Shown piece after piece: positions 25,076-35,534 of a stretch of DNA of 53,115 nt. A model generated the notes under the pieces. That model had not been told where the DNA came from. It saw only the letters and a program-made list of their open reading frames with translations, and did no database searches. This stretch comes from Eubacteriales bacterium (lineage in GTDB: Bacteria > Bacillota > Clostridia > Oscillospirales > JAAYXM01). The DNA is taken from positions 1 to 53,115 of the forward strand of contig JAZLCV010000050.1 of the NCBI GenBank assembly GCA_045614365.1. The letters are read 5' to 3'. Position numbers and translations under genes: made by a program. Numbering within the stretch: position 1 is the stretch's first letter; each line of letters opens with the position of its first letter.

Positions 25076-27223
25076 TTAAACACCTTTCATAGTAAGGCCT
25101 ATTCTCTTTTTATCAACATCAACGGAAATAACCTTTACATTGACGATATCTCCGACTGAAAGTACCTCAGACGGATGCTTTATAAACTTATTGCTTATCT
25201 GCGAAATATGAACAAGGCCGTCCTGATGCACACCGATATCAACAAATGCACCGAAATCTATAACATTTCGGACAGTTCCGGTAAGCGTCATTCCCTCTTT
25301 CAAATCCTTGATATCGAGAATATCCTCGCGAAGAGCCGCCTCAGGAAGTTCACCGCGCGGGTCACGTCCCGGCTTTGCAAGTTCACGGATAATATCGTGA
25401 AGAGTAGGAACACCGATGCCAAGCTCTTCCGCAAGAGAGGAAAGATCTGCCCCCGCAGCTTTTTCGGTAAGCTTCTCTCCCTGCTCCGCTATGTCTTTTT
25501 CATCAATTCCGAAATGGGCAAGGAGTGCCTTTGCCGCTTTGTATGATTCAGGGTGAACGGCAGTGTTGTCAAGAACATTCTTACTTCCGGGAACACGCAA
25601 AAATCCCGCACACTGTTCAAAAGCTTTTGCGCCGAGCTTCGGCACTTTCTTAAGCTCCGCACGCGAAGTAAAGCTTCCATTCTCTTCGCGGTAAGCCACT
25701 ATATTCTTACACACAGCCGAGGTGAGACCGGAAATATGCCCGAGCAATGCCGCAGATGCCGTATTCAGGTCTGCGCCAACGCTGTTTACGCAATCCTCAA
25801 CAACGCCGTCAAGCGCACCCTCAAGCCGCTTTTGTGGCATATCGTGCTGATACTGACCTACGCCTATCGCCTTCGGCTCAATCTTTACAAGCTCAGCCAA
25901 TGGATCCTGCAGTCTTCTTGCAATTGATACGGCAGAACGAAGTGTCAGGTCAAACTCCGGCATTTCCTCTGCGGCAAGCTTTGATGCCGAATATACTGAT
26001 GCACCCGCCTCAGAAACCACCATATACGAAACCTTTTCGGGAATTGATTTCAAGACCTTCGAACAGAACATCTCCGTTTCCTTTGAAGCCGTACCGTTTC
26101 CTATTGCGACAATCTCAACTCCCCAGCGCGAAATTTTTTCTTTGAGAATTTCAGCAGAACGCGCTTCCTGACCTGCGCCGTGCGTGGGATAGATAACAGC
26201 AGTGTCAAGCACCTTGCCGGTTTTATCAACAACGGCAAGCTTGCATCCGGTACGGTAACCGGGATCAAGCCCGATAGCTGTTTTCCCCTTAACCGGCGGT
26301 GCAAGGAGAAGCTGGCGCAGATTCATACCGAAAAGCTTTATCGCATCCTCAGCCGCGGCATCTGTAAGCTCCGAGCGTATTTCACGCTCAATCGACGGAT
26401 AGATAAGGCGGGAATATGCATCCTCACATGCAGTGCGCACAACGCCCGCACATGCGCTTGTGCCCTGAACGTAGAGAGAACAAATGCTGGCAAGCGGTCT
26501 CTGTGGGTCAGTCTCAACAGACACCTTCAGAAAGCCTTCCTTTTCGCCGCGGTTAAGCGCAAGCACGCGGTGCCCCGCAAGTTTCTCCACCGGCTGACGG
26601 AATTCATAATATGTGGCGTATACGCTGTCCTCTCCCTCTTTTGCCGCCTCTGCAATAACAATTCCGTGGAATCGGACAAGATTTCTCACGCGCTTGCGAA
26701 CCTCAGCATCATCCGATACATTTTCCGCGATGATATCAGACGCACCGGCAAGTGCTGCATCCTCATCCTCAACGCCTTTTTCTGCATCTACATACTGCTT
26801 CGCCATCTCAAACGGGTCTGCGGATGTAGTCTGTGATGCCATAATTTCTTCTGCAAGCGGCTCAAGCCCCTTCTCACGTGCAACGGAAGCCCGCGTTTTT
26901 CTTTTCGGACGGAACGGACGGTAGATGTCATCAATTTCCGAGAGAGTTTCCGCCTTATCAAGTGCGGCAGATATCTCCTCGGTAAGATTTCCCTGCGCAT
27001 CAATAAGACCTCTTACCTCTTCACGTCGCGCGTCAAGGTTGCGAAGATATTCAAGCCTGTCCGCAATCTGACGTATAGTCTGATCATCCATCGTACCGTG
27101 CATTTCTTTGCGATAACGTGCAATAAAAGGGATGGTATTCCCCTCATCAAGCAATGAAATAATATTTTCAACATAATCCTCGCGGACAGAAAAAGCCTCT
27201 GCGATAATCTGAGCATATGACAT
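25076..27223 (-). CDS. tex: Tex-like RNA-binding transcription accessory protein (C-terminal S1 domain)
   Basis: N-terminus NTIPFIARYRKE. YqgF-like and HhH regions are present. The C-terminal S1 domain reads GTVRNVIDFGAFVDIGVHQDGLVHISQIS. ATG 27223 is preceded by AGGAGA. Confidence 0.9.
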   Translation of the reverse strand: MSYAQIIAEAFSVREDYVENIISLLDEGNTIPFIARYRKEMHGTMDDQTIRQIADRLEYLRNLDARREEVRGLIDAQGNLTEEISAALDKAETLSEIDDIYRPFRPKRKTRASVAREKGLEPLAEEIMASQTTSADPFEMAKQYVDAEKGVEDEDAALAGASDIIAENVSDDAEVRKRVRNLVRFHGIVIAEAAKEGEDSVYATYYEFRQPVEKLAGHRVLALNRGEKEGFLKVSVETDPQRPLASICSLYVQGTSACAGVVRTACEDAYSRLIYPSIEREIRSELTDAAAEDAIKLFGMNLRQLLLAPPVKGKTAIGLDPGYRTGCKLAVVDKTGKVLDTAVIYPTHGAGQEARSAEILKEKISRWGVEIVAIGNGTASKETEMFCSKVLKSIPEKVSYMVVSEAGASVYSASKLAAEEMPEFDLTLRSAVSIARRLQDPLAELVKIEPKAIGVGQYQHDMPQKRLEGALDGVVEDCVNSVGADLNTASAALLGHISGLTSAVCKNIVAYREENGSFTSRAELKKVPKLGAKAFEQCAGFLRVPGSKNVLDNTAVHPESYKAAKALLAHFGIDEKDIAEQGEKLTEKAAGADLSSLAEELGIGVPTLHDIIRELAKPGRDPRGELPEAALREDILDIKDLKEGMTLTGTVRNVIDFGAFVDIGVHQDGLVHISQISNKFIKHPSEVLSVGDIVNVKVISVDVDKKRIGLTMKGV

Positions 27224-27303
27224 TTTCGTTTTTCTCCTTTGCAACAAAAGAAGGGCGCCCCGTCAGGTCATCAGCCTGATCAGAACAACCCTCCCTGTAT
27301 TTT

Positions 27304-28470
27304 TTAGCCTCTGTTTCTGAATATCTTCTCAATCATTTCAAACGGATCGTCTTCCTTTTCATCGGAAAGCGTGACCTGTTCAGGCTCAGTCTCCTTAACG
27401 TCTGTATCAAACTCGGCGTAAGAGCTTGTGAACTTCGAGAAAAGATTGCCGCTGTCCTCAACGCTCGGAGCCGGAGCTTCTTTCTTTTCTTCCTTTGCCG
27501 GAAGCGGAGTGGACTTACCCTCAAATCCTGTTGCGATAACCGTAACGCGGATTTCGTCCTCAAGAGACGGGTCAAACGCTGCACCGAAGATAATATTTGC
27601 ATCCTCGTGAGCTGCCTCTCTTACCATCTCAGCCGCGATTTCAACCTCATCAAGACCGATATCAAGAGAGCCTGTGATGTTGATGATAACACCGTGAGCG
27701 CCATTGATTGAGGTTTCAAGAAGCGGGCTCTGAATTGCGATGCGTGCAGCCTCTGCCGCTTTATCCTTACCCGATGCACGGCCAACACCCATATGAGCAT
27801 AGCCTGCATCCTTCATAATCTTCTTGACGTCGGCAAAGTCAAGGTTAACAAGACCGCCGCCGGAAATAAGCTCTGAAATGCTCTGTATTGCCTGACGAAG
27901 AACATCGTCTGCGATTTCAAATGCATTGAGGAAGGTTATCTTCTGCTCTGAAACACATTTTAGGCGCTCGTTCGGGATAACAACGAGAGAGTCAACCTTT
28001 GCACGAAGAGTTTCAATTCCCTCTTCCGCCTGAACCATACGGCGCTTACCTTCAAAGCCGAACGGCTTTGTAACAACACCGATGGTGAGGATCTCCATTT
28101 CCCTCGCAATTTCAGCAACGATAGGTGCCGCACCCGTTCCGGTGCCTCCGCCCATACCTGCTGTGATAAACACCATATCGGTGCCCTCAAGCATTTTCTT
28201 GATTGCTTCGCGGCTTTCCTCTGCCGCCTTCTTTCCGACTTCGGGATCGGAGCCTGCACCAAGTCCCTTTGTCAGCTTTTCACCAAGCTGAACTCTGTAT
28301 GTTGCGCAGGATTTCTGGAGTGCCTGGCGGTCTGTGTTCATAACAATGAACTCAACTCCGCGAACACCCGAATTGATCATCTGGTTAACGGCGTTACCCC
28401 CGCCGCCGCCTGCTCCTATAACTTTAATAGGTACAATAACATCTGTGCCGGTATCCAACTCGAAAGGCAT
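27304..28470 (-). CDS. ftsZ: Cell division GTPase FtsZ
   Basis: Motifs: [33 protein letters not shown]. The C-terminal peptide is [14 protein letters not shown] 28470 follows AGGAGG by 8 nt. Confidence 0.97.
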   Translation of the reverse strand: MPFELDTGTDVIVPIKVIGAGGGGGNAVNQMINSGVRGVEFIVMNTDRQALQKSCATYRVQLGEKLTKGLGAGSDPEVGKKAAEESREAIKKMLEGTDMVFITAGMGGGTGTGAAPIVAEIAREMEILTIGVVTKPFGFEGKRRMVQAEEGIETLRAKVDSLVVIPNERLKCVSEQKITFLNAFEIADDVLRQAIQSISELISGGGLVNLDFADVKKIMKDAGYAHMGVGRASGKDKAAEAARIAIQSPLLETSINGAHGVIINITGSLDIGLDEVEIAAEMVREAAHEDANIIFGAAFDPSLEDEIRVTVIATGFEGKSTPLPAKEEKKEAPAPSVEDSGNLFSKFTSSYAEFDTDVKETEPEQVTLSDEKEDDPFEMIEKIFRNRG

Positions 28471-28514
28471 ATGTAAATCCTCCTTGAGATTATCTTTTGT
28501 CATTACTATAACAT

Positions 28515-28542
28515 ATTATATATTTTATATGTTTTTTGTCAA
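28515..28542 (-). promoter_or_regulatory. Sigma-A-type promoter immediately upstream of ftsZ
   Basis: On the minus strand: TTGACA (28537-28542), 16 nt, TATAAT (28515-28520). It lies inside a very AT-rich 136-nt spacer. Confidence 0.5.
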
Positions 28543-28606
28543 AAGGTCAATAGTAATTAATCAAAATATTATAATTTTTTTTATTTTTTTACCGTTTTTA
28601 AAATTC

Positions 28607-29518
28607 TTATTCTCCTGCAGCCTGTATTTCCGGCTCAGCCTCTTCGCTTTCCGTGCCGGCATCCTGCTCGGCTTCGCCTGTTTCTTCCGACGAATTTTCT
28701 TCTCCGGTAACACTTTCTGCGGAATCAGTTTCTTCAGCAACCGGTGTTTCTTTCTTCTCGGAAAGGTCTATTCCTGAATCCGGACGAAAACGTGCCTCTT
28801 TTACTGCGCTTACATTTATCGTCCCTTTATCAAAATCATTCAGCTGCCCGATTACCGCACGCAACATCTCAATCTTTTCCCCAAGCTCGGATGCATCTCC
28901 GAGAACAACAAGGAAACGGTCACTGTAAACAAGGTTTATATCATACAACTTATCAATATCTACACGTGAAACGCTCTCCGTCATTTCTGTATAACGAAGC
29001 GACGTAAGCACCTCACGCAGAACCGGAAGCTGATCTTCGTTCTTCAGAACAAGCGGTGATCCGGCAAACGGCGTCATAACCTCGCATCCCGATATTTTCG
29101 GAACCTTTACATCTGCATCGGGAGCAATGCGCTCGAGAATATGAGCATTGTTATCTATCAGCCAGCGATTGCCGTCAGAAACAACATATGCCGCCGCAAT
29201 GCGCTCGGTGATTTCAAACAAAAAGGTATCCGGAAGGCGTCTCCGTATTTTTATCTGCTCGATATACGGATACTCGGAAAGAATCTTCTCGGCAACCTCA
29301 AACTTATTTATGAGAAACATATTATCGCCCGTTTTTATACCCGAGCTTTCAATAATGTCCGCCTCCGGATAGCGAACACTTCCGTTCACCTGCACCTCGG
29401 CAACCTTGAGAAACACCGTCACTGATGCAACAATCGCCCCTATAACAATTAAAAACGTAAGCAACGACAGCACAAAACTGCCGTTTTTCTTTTTTCTTCT
29501 GCGCCGTCTTTTAGCCAT
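28607..29518 (-). CDS. ftsQ: FtsQ/DivIB-type cell division protein with an acidic C-terminal tail
   Basis: A basic N-terminus (KRRRRRKKK), one TM, then a POTRA-like region (VQVNGSVRYPEADIIESSGIKTGDNMFLI). The position is between the mur genes and ftsZ. ATG 29518 follows GGGGA. Confidence 0.8.
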   Translation of the reverse strand: MAKRRRRRKKKNGSFVLSLLTFLIVIGAIVASVTVFLKVAEVQVNGSVRYPEADIIESSGIKTGDNMFLINKFEVAEKILSEYPYIEQIKIRRRLPDTFLFEITERIAAAYVVSDGNRWLIDNNAHILERIAPDADVKVPKISGCEVMTPFAGSPLVLKNEDQLPVLREVLTSLRYTEMTESVSRVDIDKLYDINLVYSDRFLVVLGDASELGEKIEMLRAVIGQLNDFDKGTINVSAVKEARFRPDSGIDLSEKKETPVAEETDSAESVTGEENSSEETGEAEQDAGTESEEAEPEIQAAGE

Positions 29519-29549
29519 TTTCCGTTCCCCTTTTCTTTTGTGCATTTTC

Positions 29550-30800
29550 TTATCTTCGCTTTATATCCGCACCAATATAAGACATACTTTCTTCTATCTT
29601 TTCATATCCGCGGTCAATATGATGGATTTCGCTGATTTCACTCTGCCCCTCAGCCGCCATGGCAGCAATGACAAGTGCCGCACCTCCGCGCAGATCCGTA
29701 GCTTCAACAGAACAACCGCAAAGCTTCGGAACACCATATACAAGAGCGACCTTGCCCTCTGTCTTTATATCCGCACCGAGACGGCAAAGTCCGCCTATAT
29801 GCCGGTAACGTCCGTCAAAAATAGTTTCCACAAACATACTGGTTCCCATACATTTTGTTGCAAGCGCCATAAGCGGCGGCTGTGCATCCGTAGGAAATCC
29901 CGGGTATGGCATTGTTCTGACGCATCTGAAAGCAGAAAGCCTTCCCGAGCGGCTTATATCCACAAAATCCCGTCCTACGGTGACATCGCATCCGACAGCA
30001 TCAAGAACTGATGTAACGGTAGAAACATGCTCCGGCACAACGTTTTCCACGTGCACGCGCCCTCCGCACAATGCTGCAGCGCACATAAACGTTGCCGCGC
30101 AGATTCTGTCCGGTATCACGCTGTGTGACACACTGCCGAGCTTTTTCTTACCGTTTATCACAACTGTAGAGCTTCCCGCTCCGGAAACATCGGCACCCAT
30201 TTTTACAAGAAAATTTTGCAGGTCTTCAATCTCAGGCTCACGCGCAGCATTAAAAATACGCGTTCTTCCCTCACACGCAGTGGCGGCAAGCATTGTATTC
30301 TCCGTTGCACCTACACTCGGAAACGAAAGAACAATATCCCTACCGCGCATTCTACGTGCCTCACAGCTTATCGCACCGCCGTTTTCACGGATATGTGCAC
30401 CAAGCGCTTTCAGTGCAGAAATATGCAGATCAATAGGACGCGCACCAAGCTCGCAACCGCCCGGAGTAAACAGTGAAACTCTTCCGAGTCTTGCAAGCAT
30501 TGCGCCCATAAATATCACGGATGACCGCATTTCCCGCATAAGCTCATCCGGTATTGCGTGATTTTGCGCATCTGCCGAATCAACAACGACGGTATTCCCT
30601 TCAAATGTCACCTTGCAACCGATGCATTTTAAAATTTCAATAGCCGCATCAACATCACGCAATCTCGGGCAGTTATGTATTTCGCTTATACCCGAATTGA
30701 GAATCGTTGCGGCAAGAACGGGAAGAACACTGTTTTTTGAACCGTGGACGGATACTTTTCCGTCAAGCATTCTTCCTCCGTTTACAATCAATGTGCTCAT
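29550..30800 (-). CDS. murA: UDP-N-acetylglucosamine 1-carboxyvinyltransferase
   Basis: Motifs: VSVHGSKNSVLPVLAATIL, PGGCELGARPIDLHI (catalytic Cys loop), YPGFPTDAQ. Confidence 0.93.
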   Translation of the reverse strand: MSTLIVNGGRMLDGKVSVHGSKNSVLPVLAATILNSGISEIHNCPRLRDVDAAIEILKCIGCKVTFEGNTVVVDSADAQNHAIPDELMREMRSSVIFMGAMLARLGRVSLFTPGGCELGARPIDLHISALKALGAHIRENGGAISCEARRMRGRDIVLSFPSVGATENTMLAATACEGRTRIFNAAREPEIEDLQNFLVKMGADVSGAGSSTVVINGKKKLGSVSHSVIPDRICAATFMCAAALCGGRVHVENVVPEHVSTVTSVLDAVGCDVTVGRDFVDISRSGRLSAFRCVRTMPYPGFPTDAQPPLMALATKCMGTSMFVETIFDGRYRHIGGLCRLGADIKTEGKVALVYGVPKLCGCSVEATDLRGGAALVIAAMAAEGQSEISEIHHIDRGYEKIEESMSYIGADIKRR

Positions 30801-30893
30801 AACAAGAAAGCACCCTCCCACTTGTTTTCAACGTCGGCCGAACATTGTTTTCACAGTATTCTATGCTACGCTGTGCAAATGGGTTACTTTTTG

Positions 30894-32015
30894 TTATTTT
30901 GCCATAATACTCATCATTTCATCATAAATGCGCTCTGTCCCGTCAAGTATGGCATTTTTTATGAGTTTTTCAGACATTCCCGTCCGTTTTTTCTCATCAT
31001 CCAAAAGCCTTTTGGCAGTATCATACAGCAAGCGCGGAGTTGCATTTTTCTCCTCAATCACGATCGCACCGCCTAAATTCCTAAGCTCTGATGCATTCTT
31101 AAACTGATGGTTATCGGTTACATTCGGAGACGGAACAATTATCGCCGGGACACCGCGTGCACTTATTTCCGCAAGAGTTCCCGCGCCACCGCGGCACATA
31201 ACTACATCTGCCGCCGCAAGCACGCGCGGCATATCATCAATGTATTCACGCAGAGTTATGAAGCTCTGCTTTCCAAGGTCAACGCCCTTTTCTTTCACAG
31301 CATCGGGCATCCACTCATAACCGAATTTCCCTGTTGCGTGAATATGGAAAAACTGACCGGGATTTTCATTTTCAAGGCGGATCACTTCCGCAATCGCCTT
31401 ATTCATCTCTCGCGCACCGAGAGATCCCCAGAAGCTTACAAGAAGAGGCTTTGTAACCCCAAGCTCCCGCCGCGCCGTTTCTCTGTCATACATAAGAATA
31501 TCCCCTCGCAAGGGATTTCCAACAACCGTGCAGGATGCTTTTTCCGGAAGTTTTTTTAGGCTTGCCTCAAAATTGAGAAGCACACGCGTAACACGCTTTG
31601 CAAGCCTGCGCGTTGCAAGCCCCGGAAATGCATTCGATTCGTGCAGCACCGTCGGTATTCCAAGGCGCGCGGCTACCGAAAGCACGGGATAACATGCATA
31701 TCCGCCCGTACCGAGAACTATATCGGGGCAGAATTCCTCTATAAGCTTTCTTGCGGCGCATTCAGCTGCAAAAACATGCTTTACGGCATCTATATTGGCA
31801 ACAATTCCCGACAGTCCCTTTTTACGGGATATCGGTCTTGATTCTATCGTTTTTATATCAAAACCAGCCGCCGGTACAAGGCGTCCCTCCATACCTCCGT
31901 GTGCACCGACGAAAAGAATTTCTGCACCTTTTTTCTTTTCCTTTACAAGCTTTGCAACGGCAAGCGCAGGGTTAATGTGCCCACCCGTTCCTCCGCACGC
32001 AAACATAAAGCGCAT
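30894..32015 (-). CDS. murG: Undecaprenyldiphospho-muramoylpentapeptide beta-N-acetylglucosaminyltransferase
   Basis: Motifs: FACGGTGGHINPALAVA, CRGGAGTLAEI. Confidence 0.93.
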   Translation of the reverse strand: MRFMFACGGTGGHINPALAVAKLVKEKKKGAEILFVGAHGGMEGRLVPAAGFDIKTIESRPISRKKGLSGIVANIDAVKHVFAAECAARKLIEEFCPDIVLGTGGYACYPVLSVAARLGIPTVLHESNAFPGLATRRLAKRVTRVLLNFEASLKKLPEKASCTVVGNPLRGDILMYDRETARRELGVTKPLLVSFWGSLGAREMNKAIAEVIRLENENPGQFFHIHATGKFGYEWMPDAVKEKGVDLGKQSFITLREYIDDMPRVLAAADVVMCRGGAGTLAEISARGVPAIIVPSPNVTDNHQFKNASELRNLGGAIVIEEKNATPRLLYDTAKRLLDDEKKRTGMSEKLIKNAILDGTERIYDEMMSIMAK

Positions 32016-32027
32016 AACTCAAACCTC

Positions 32028-33176
32028 CTATCCGGCCTTCTTTGCCGGAATATACCTTGAAACAGAAAGAACAACGCCCATCTCCGCAAGCAAGATCAGA
32101 AGTGCCGTACCTCCGTACGAGAAGAACGGAAGTGCCGCACCCGTAACGGGAAGAACACCTGTTACAACACCGATGTTCAGAACCGTCTGAAGTGCAACCA
32201 TAGTTGTCACTCCTCCGGCAAGAAGAGATCCGAACTTATCACGTGCATGAAGCGCAATCCAGTAGCCGCGGATTATAAGAAGTGCAAAAAGCGTAAGAAT
32301 CAGTATCGCGCCGATGAAACCAAGTTCTTCACAAACTATTGCAAAAATAAAGTCGTTATGAGCCTCGGGAAGATACAAATATTTCTGACGGCTGTTACCA
32401 AATCCAAGACCAAGCGCACCGCCTGAACCTATTGCATAAAGCGACTGGATAATCTGGTATCCGTCACCGCGCGGGTCAAGAAACGGATTAAGCCACGTTT
32501 CAACGCGCTTTCGCGCATAGTCAAGAAAGCTTATGGCAGCAGCCCCCGCAACTCCGGCTGTTGCTATCGCGCCGGCAAACCATCCCCAATGCGTTCCGCC
32601 CATAAACATAAGTGCAGCACCTACACCTACGATAAGCACGGCACCGGAGAGGTGCGGCTCCAAGAACATAAGTCCCGCAAGCACCGCAAGAATTGCGACA
32701 TACGGGAGCACACCGTAGCGGAAGGTGTGCATTTTCTCAGGATTTACGGAAATCATACTGGAAAAAAGGAAAATTACCGCGACCTTTGCAATTTCCGACG
32801 GCTGAAACTGTATAAATCCAAGGCTTATCCAGCGCTTTTCTCCGAAGTTTCCCTTTCCTATAAAAAGGACAAGAACGAGAAGCATCACCGCCACAAGCAT
32901 AAGGAGCGGTGAAAGCACACGGAATCTGCGATAATCCATAAAGCTGACAATAAACATTATTGCAATTCCTGCCGCGGCAAAAACCGCCTGTCGTGTAAAA
33001 TAATATGTAGAAGAAAGGCCTTCATAGTACGCTGTGGCATAGCTTGCCGAAAACAGCATAAGAAGACCTATTCCCATAAGCACAATTACAAGAATAAGAA
33101 AAGGATAATCCATCGTTCCCCGCACAGCACGGGTCTTACCGCTTTGTGACACACTCGTTTTTCTTGCCATAAACAC
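32028..33176 (-). CDS. ftsW: SEDS-family peptidoglycan polymerase FtsW/SpoVE
   Basis: Motifs: QPSEIAKV, HNDFIFAIVCEELGFIG, GVLPVTGAALPFFSYGG. Confidence 0.9.
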   Translation of the reverse strand: MFMARKTSVSQSGKTRAVRGTMDYPFLILVIVLMGIGLLMLFSASYATAYYEGLSSTYYFTRQAVFAAAGIAIMFIVSFMDYRRFRVLSPLLMLVAVMLLVLVLFIGKGNFGEKRWISLGFIQFQPSEIAKVAVIFLFSSMISVNPEKMHTFRYGVLPYVAILAVLAGLMFLEPHLSGAVLIVGVGAALMFMGGTHWGWFAGAIATAGVAGAAAISFLDYARKRVETWLNPFLDPRGDGYQIIQSLYAIGSGGALGLGFGNSRQKYLYLPEAHNDFIFAIVCEELGFIGAILILTLFALLIIRGYWIALHARDKFGSLLAGGVTTMVALQTVLNIGVVTGVLPVTGAALPFFSYGGTALLILLAEMGVVLSVSRYIPAKKAG

Positions 33177-33188
33177 CGTCCCCCCGGC

Positions 33189-34178
33189 TTAAAATAATTT
33201 TCCCATAATACCTGCAAATCCTGCAAGTGCACCTATTGCCGAAACTGTCATAAAAACAGCACAAATTTTCTTTTCGTTCCATCCGCTCATTTCAAAATGA
33301 TGATGTATGGGTGACATTTTGAACAGACGTTTTCCGTGAGTAAGCTTGAAATAAGAAACCTGAAGGATAACAGAAAGCGCTTCTGCAATATAAATAATAC
33401 CCATAAGCAGCAGAACAAGCGGCATATCGTACGCGAATGCCATTCCGCACACCGCGCCGCCAAGAAACAGCGAGCCTGTATCTCCCATAAAAACCTTTGC
33501 AGGGTTAAAATTGTAAATAAGGAATGCCGCAAGCGCACCAAAAAGTGCGGAAGCAAAGATGCCGACCGTTGAATACATCATATATGCACCGATTATTGCA
33601 TAAACCAAAGCAACCGGCATCGTAACGCTTGTCGCAAGCCCATCAACACCATCAGTGAGATTAACTGCATTTACCGTCCCCACAATAGCAAGAAGCATTA
33701 TTATAAGATACGGAATCCACGGAACACTTACCGTAATATCAAAAAACGGAATATAAAAAGCAGGGGTAAGATCCCCGAGAACTCTCAGCAGAGAAAGAAA
33801 CACTGCCGCAGATGTAAGCTGAAGAAGAAGCTTCTGCATCGCGGTAAGCCCCTGGTTTTTCTTTTTCATTATCTTTGCATAATCATCCACAAAGCCGATA
33901 AAGCCAAACACAGCCGCAAACAAAAATACAATAATATGGCGCAGGTCCCCCTGCATCATATGCGGAACACCGACAAGAACTGCCGCTGATCCACTTCCGA
34001 TAATGAACATTATCCCGCCCATCGTCGGAGTTCCCTGCTTGCCCATATGCCATTTCGGTCCTATTTCGAGAATTTTCTGTCCGAACTTCAGCTTGCGGAG
34101 ATACGGAATAAGCACCTTTCCGAAAAGATATGTAATCACAAACCCAAGACCTGCCGCCGCAAGATATTCCGTTATCAT
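33189..34178 (-). CDS. mraY: Phospho-N-acetylmuramoyl-pentapeptide transferase
   Basis: Motifs: GTPTMGG, NAVNLTDGVDGLA, MGDTGSLFLGG, PIHHHFE. Confidence 0.95.
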   Translation of the reverse strand: MITEYLAAAGLGFVITYLFGKVLIPYLRKLKFGQKILEIGPKWHMGKQGTPTMGGIMFIIGSGSAAVLVGVPHMMQGDLRHIIVFLFAAVFGFIGFVDDYAKIMKKKNQGLTAMQKLLLQLTSAAVFLSLLRVLGDLTPAFYIPFFDITVSVPWIPYLIIMLLAIVGTVNAVNLTDGVDGLATSVTMPVALVYAIIGAYMMYSTVGIFASALFGALAAFLIYNFNPAKVFMGDTGSLFLGGAVCGMAFAYDMPLVLLLMGIIYIAEALSVILQVSYFKLTHGKRLFKMSPIHHHFEMSGWNEKKICAVFMTVSAIGALAGFAGIMGKLF

Positions 34179-34183
34179 TTTTT

Positions 34184-35533
34184 CTACTCCCTTTCACCCT
34201 GCAGATACTCAAGCACCTGCCACATTTTCGTTCCGTAGCTACCCTTTACAAGCAATGTGTCGCCCGGCTTAATATACTTTGAAAGCTCATCGGCAAGACG
34301 TTTCTTATTCTCGCAGATTACGCATTTTTCGCCCGCACCGTCAAAATAGCTTTCCGCATATTCGCCTGTAACGAATATTATATCGGCACATGCAGCGGCA
34401 AACTCGCCGACCTGCCGATGAAGCTCTGCTGCATTTTCACCAAGTTCGCGCATATCTCCCAGTGCACAAATACGTTTTCCCGCTACATCAAAATCGCGAA
34501 GCAACGAGAGAGACGCGCGCATCGAATCAGGATTTGCGTTATAGCAGTCACGGATTATTGTTGCGCCGTTGTATTCATATATATCCTGGCGCATTCCGGT
34601 ATTTTTAAATCGGGATAAGCCTTCCGCAATTGCGGCATCATCCATACCGAGCGTTCTGCCCACCGCAACAGCCGACAGCGCATCACGCACATTGTGCTCA
34701 CCGCCGCAGGCTATGACAAACTTTTCGGTACTTCCGCGCACGGTAAACGTTGATTCATATGCACCATTTGATATTATTTCACCGAATATATCACATTCCG
34801 GGTTTTTAAGTCCGAACCAGACGACACGGTGAGATATTTTTTCTTTCATTCCCCAAAGCAACGCATCATCACCGTTTAAAACAGCAACTCCGTTATCCGT
34901 AAGTCCTCTGAAAATCTCAGTCTTTTCGCGAAGAACACCTTCCTTTGTCCCGAACGCTTCGAGGTGACTTTCTCCGATTGTCGTTATCACTGCGACCTCG
35001 GGTGCGGCAATCATCGTAAGAGGAAGAATCTCTCCGAAATGGTTTGTTCCGATTTCAAATACGGCAGCTTCATGGCTTTTGTCAAGCCCGAAAACAGTTA
35101 GCGGAAGCCCTATATTGTTGTTGTAATTTCCCTGTGTCTTGTGTGTCTTAAATGCTGCCGAAAGAGTTGCGGCACACATTTCCTTTGTCGTTGTTTTACC
35201 AACACTTCCGGTTATGCACACACGGCGCAAAGAGAGCGTTTCAAGATATCCCTTTGCGATTTTTCCAAGCGCAGTAACGGTATCCGGAACTATAATCTGC
35301 GGAATCCGAAGTCCGCTTATCTCACGTGAAACAAGAACGGCCGATGCCCCTTTTTCTTCCGCGTCCCGCACAAAATCGTGTCCGTCAAACTTTTCGCCGC
35401 AAATGGCTGCAAACATTTCCCCGCCACGTATTTCGCGGTTATCGCGTACTATTCCCGTAACAGATACATCTGTGCCGAGCAGCCTTCCTCCGCAAAACTG
35501 TGAAATCTGTACCGCGCTTAATCTATCCATCAC
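34184..35533 (-). CDS. murF: UDP-N-acetylmuramoyl-tripeptide--D-alanyl-D-alanine ligase
   Basis: P-loop ITGSVGKTTTKE, then NNNIGLP and DCYNANPDSM. Confidence 0.9.
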   Translation of the reverse strand: MMDRLSAVQISQFCGGRLLGTDVSVTGIVRDNREIRGGEMFAAICGEKFDGHDFVRDAEEKGASAVLVSREISGLRIPQIIVPDTVTALGKIAKGYLETLSLRRVCITGSVGKTTTKEMCAATLSAAFKTHKTQGNYNNNIGLPLTVFGLDKSHEAAVFEIGTNHFGEILPLTMIAAPEVAVITTIGESHLEAFGTKEGVLREKTEIFRGLTDNGVAVLNGDDALLWGMKEKISHRVVWFGLKNPECDIFGEIISNGAYESTFTVRGSTEKFVIACGGEHNVRDALSAVAVGRTLGMDDAAIAEGLSRFKNTGMRQDIYEYNGATIIRDCYNANPDSMRASLSLLRDFDVAGKRICALGDMRELGENAAELHRQVGEFAAACADIIFVTGEYAESYFDGAGEKCVICENKKRLADELSKYIKPGDTLLVKGSYGTKMWQVLEYLQGERE

Positions 35534-35534
35534 T

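Noticed and set aside
27248-27303. A possible terminator between ftsZ and tex (TCAGG-ctgatga-CCTGA, then GGGGCGCCC followed by TTCTTTTGTT).
   Set aside because: The stems are short (5 bp) or cannot fold (GGGCGCCC has no loop). I cannot support an intrinsic terminator by eye, so ftsZ and tex may be co-transcribed.
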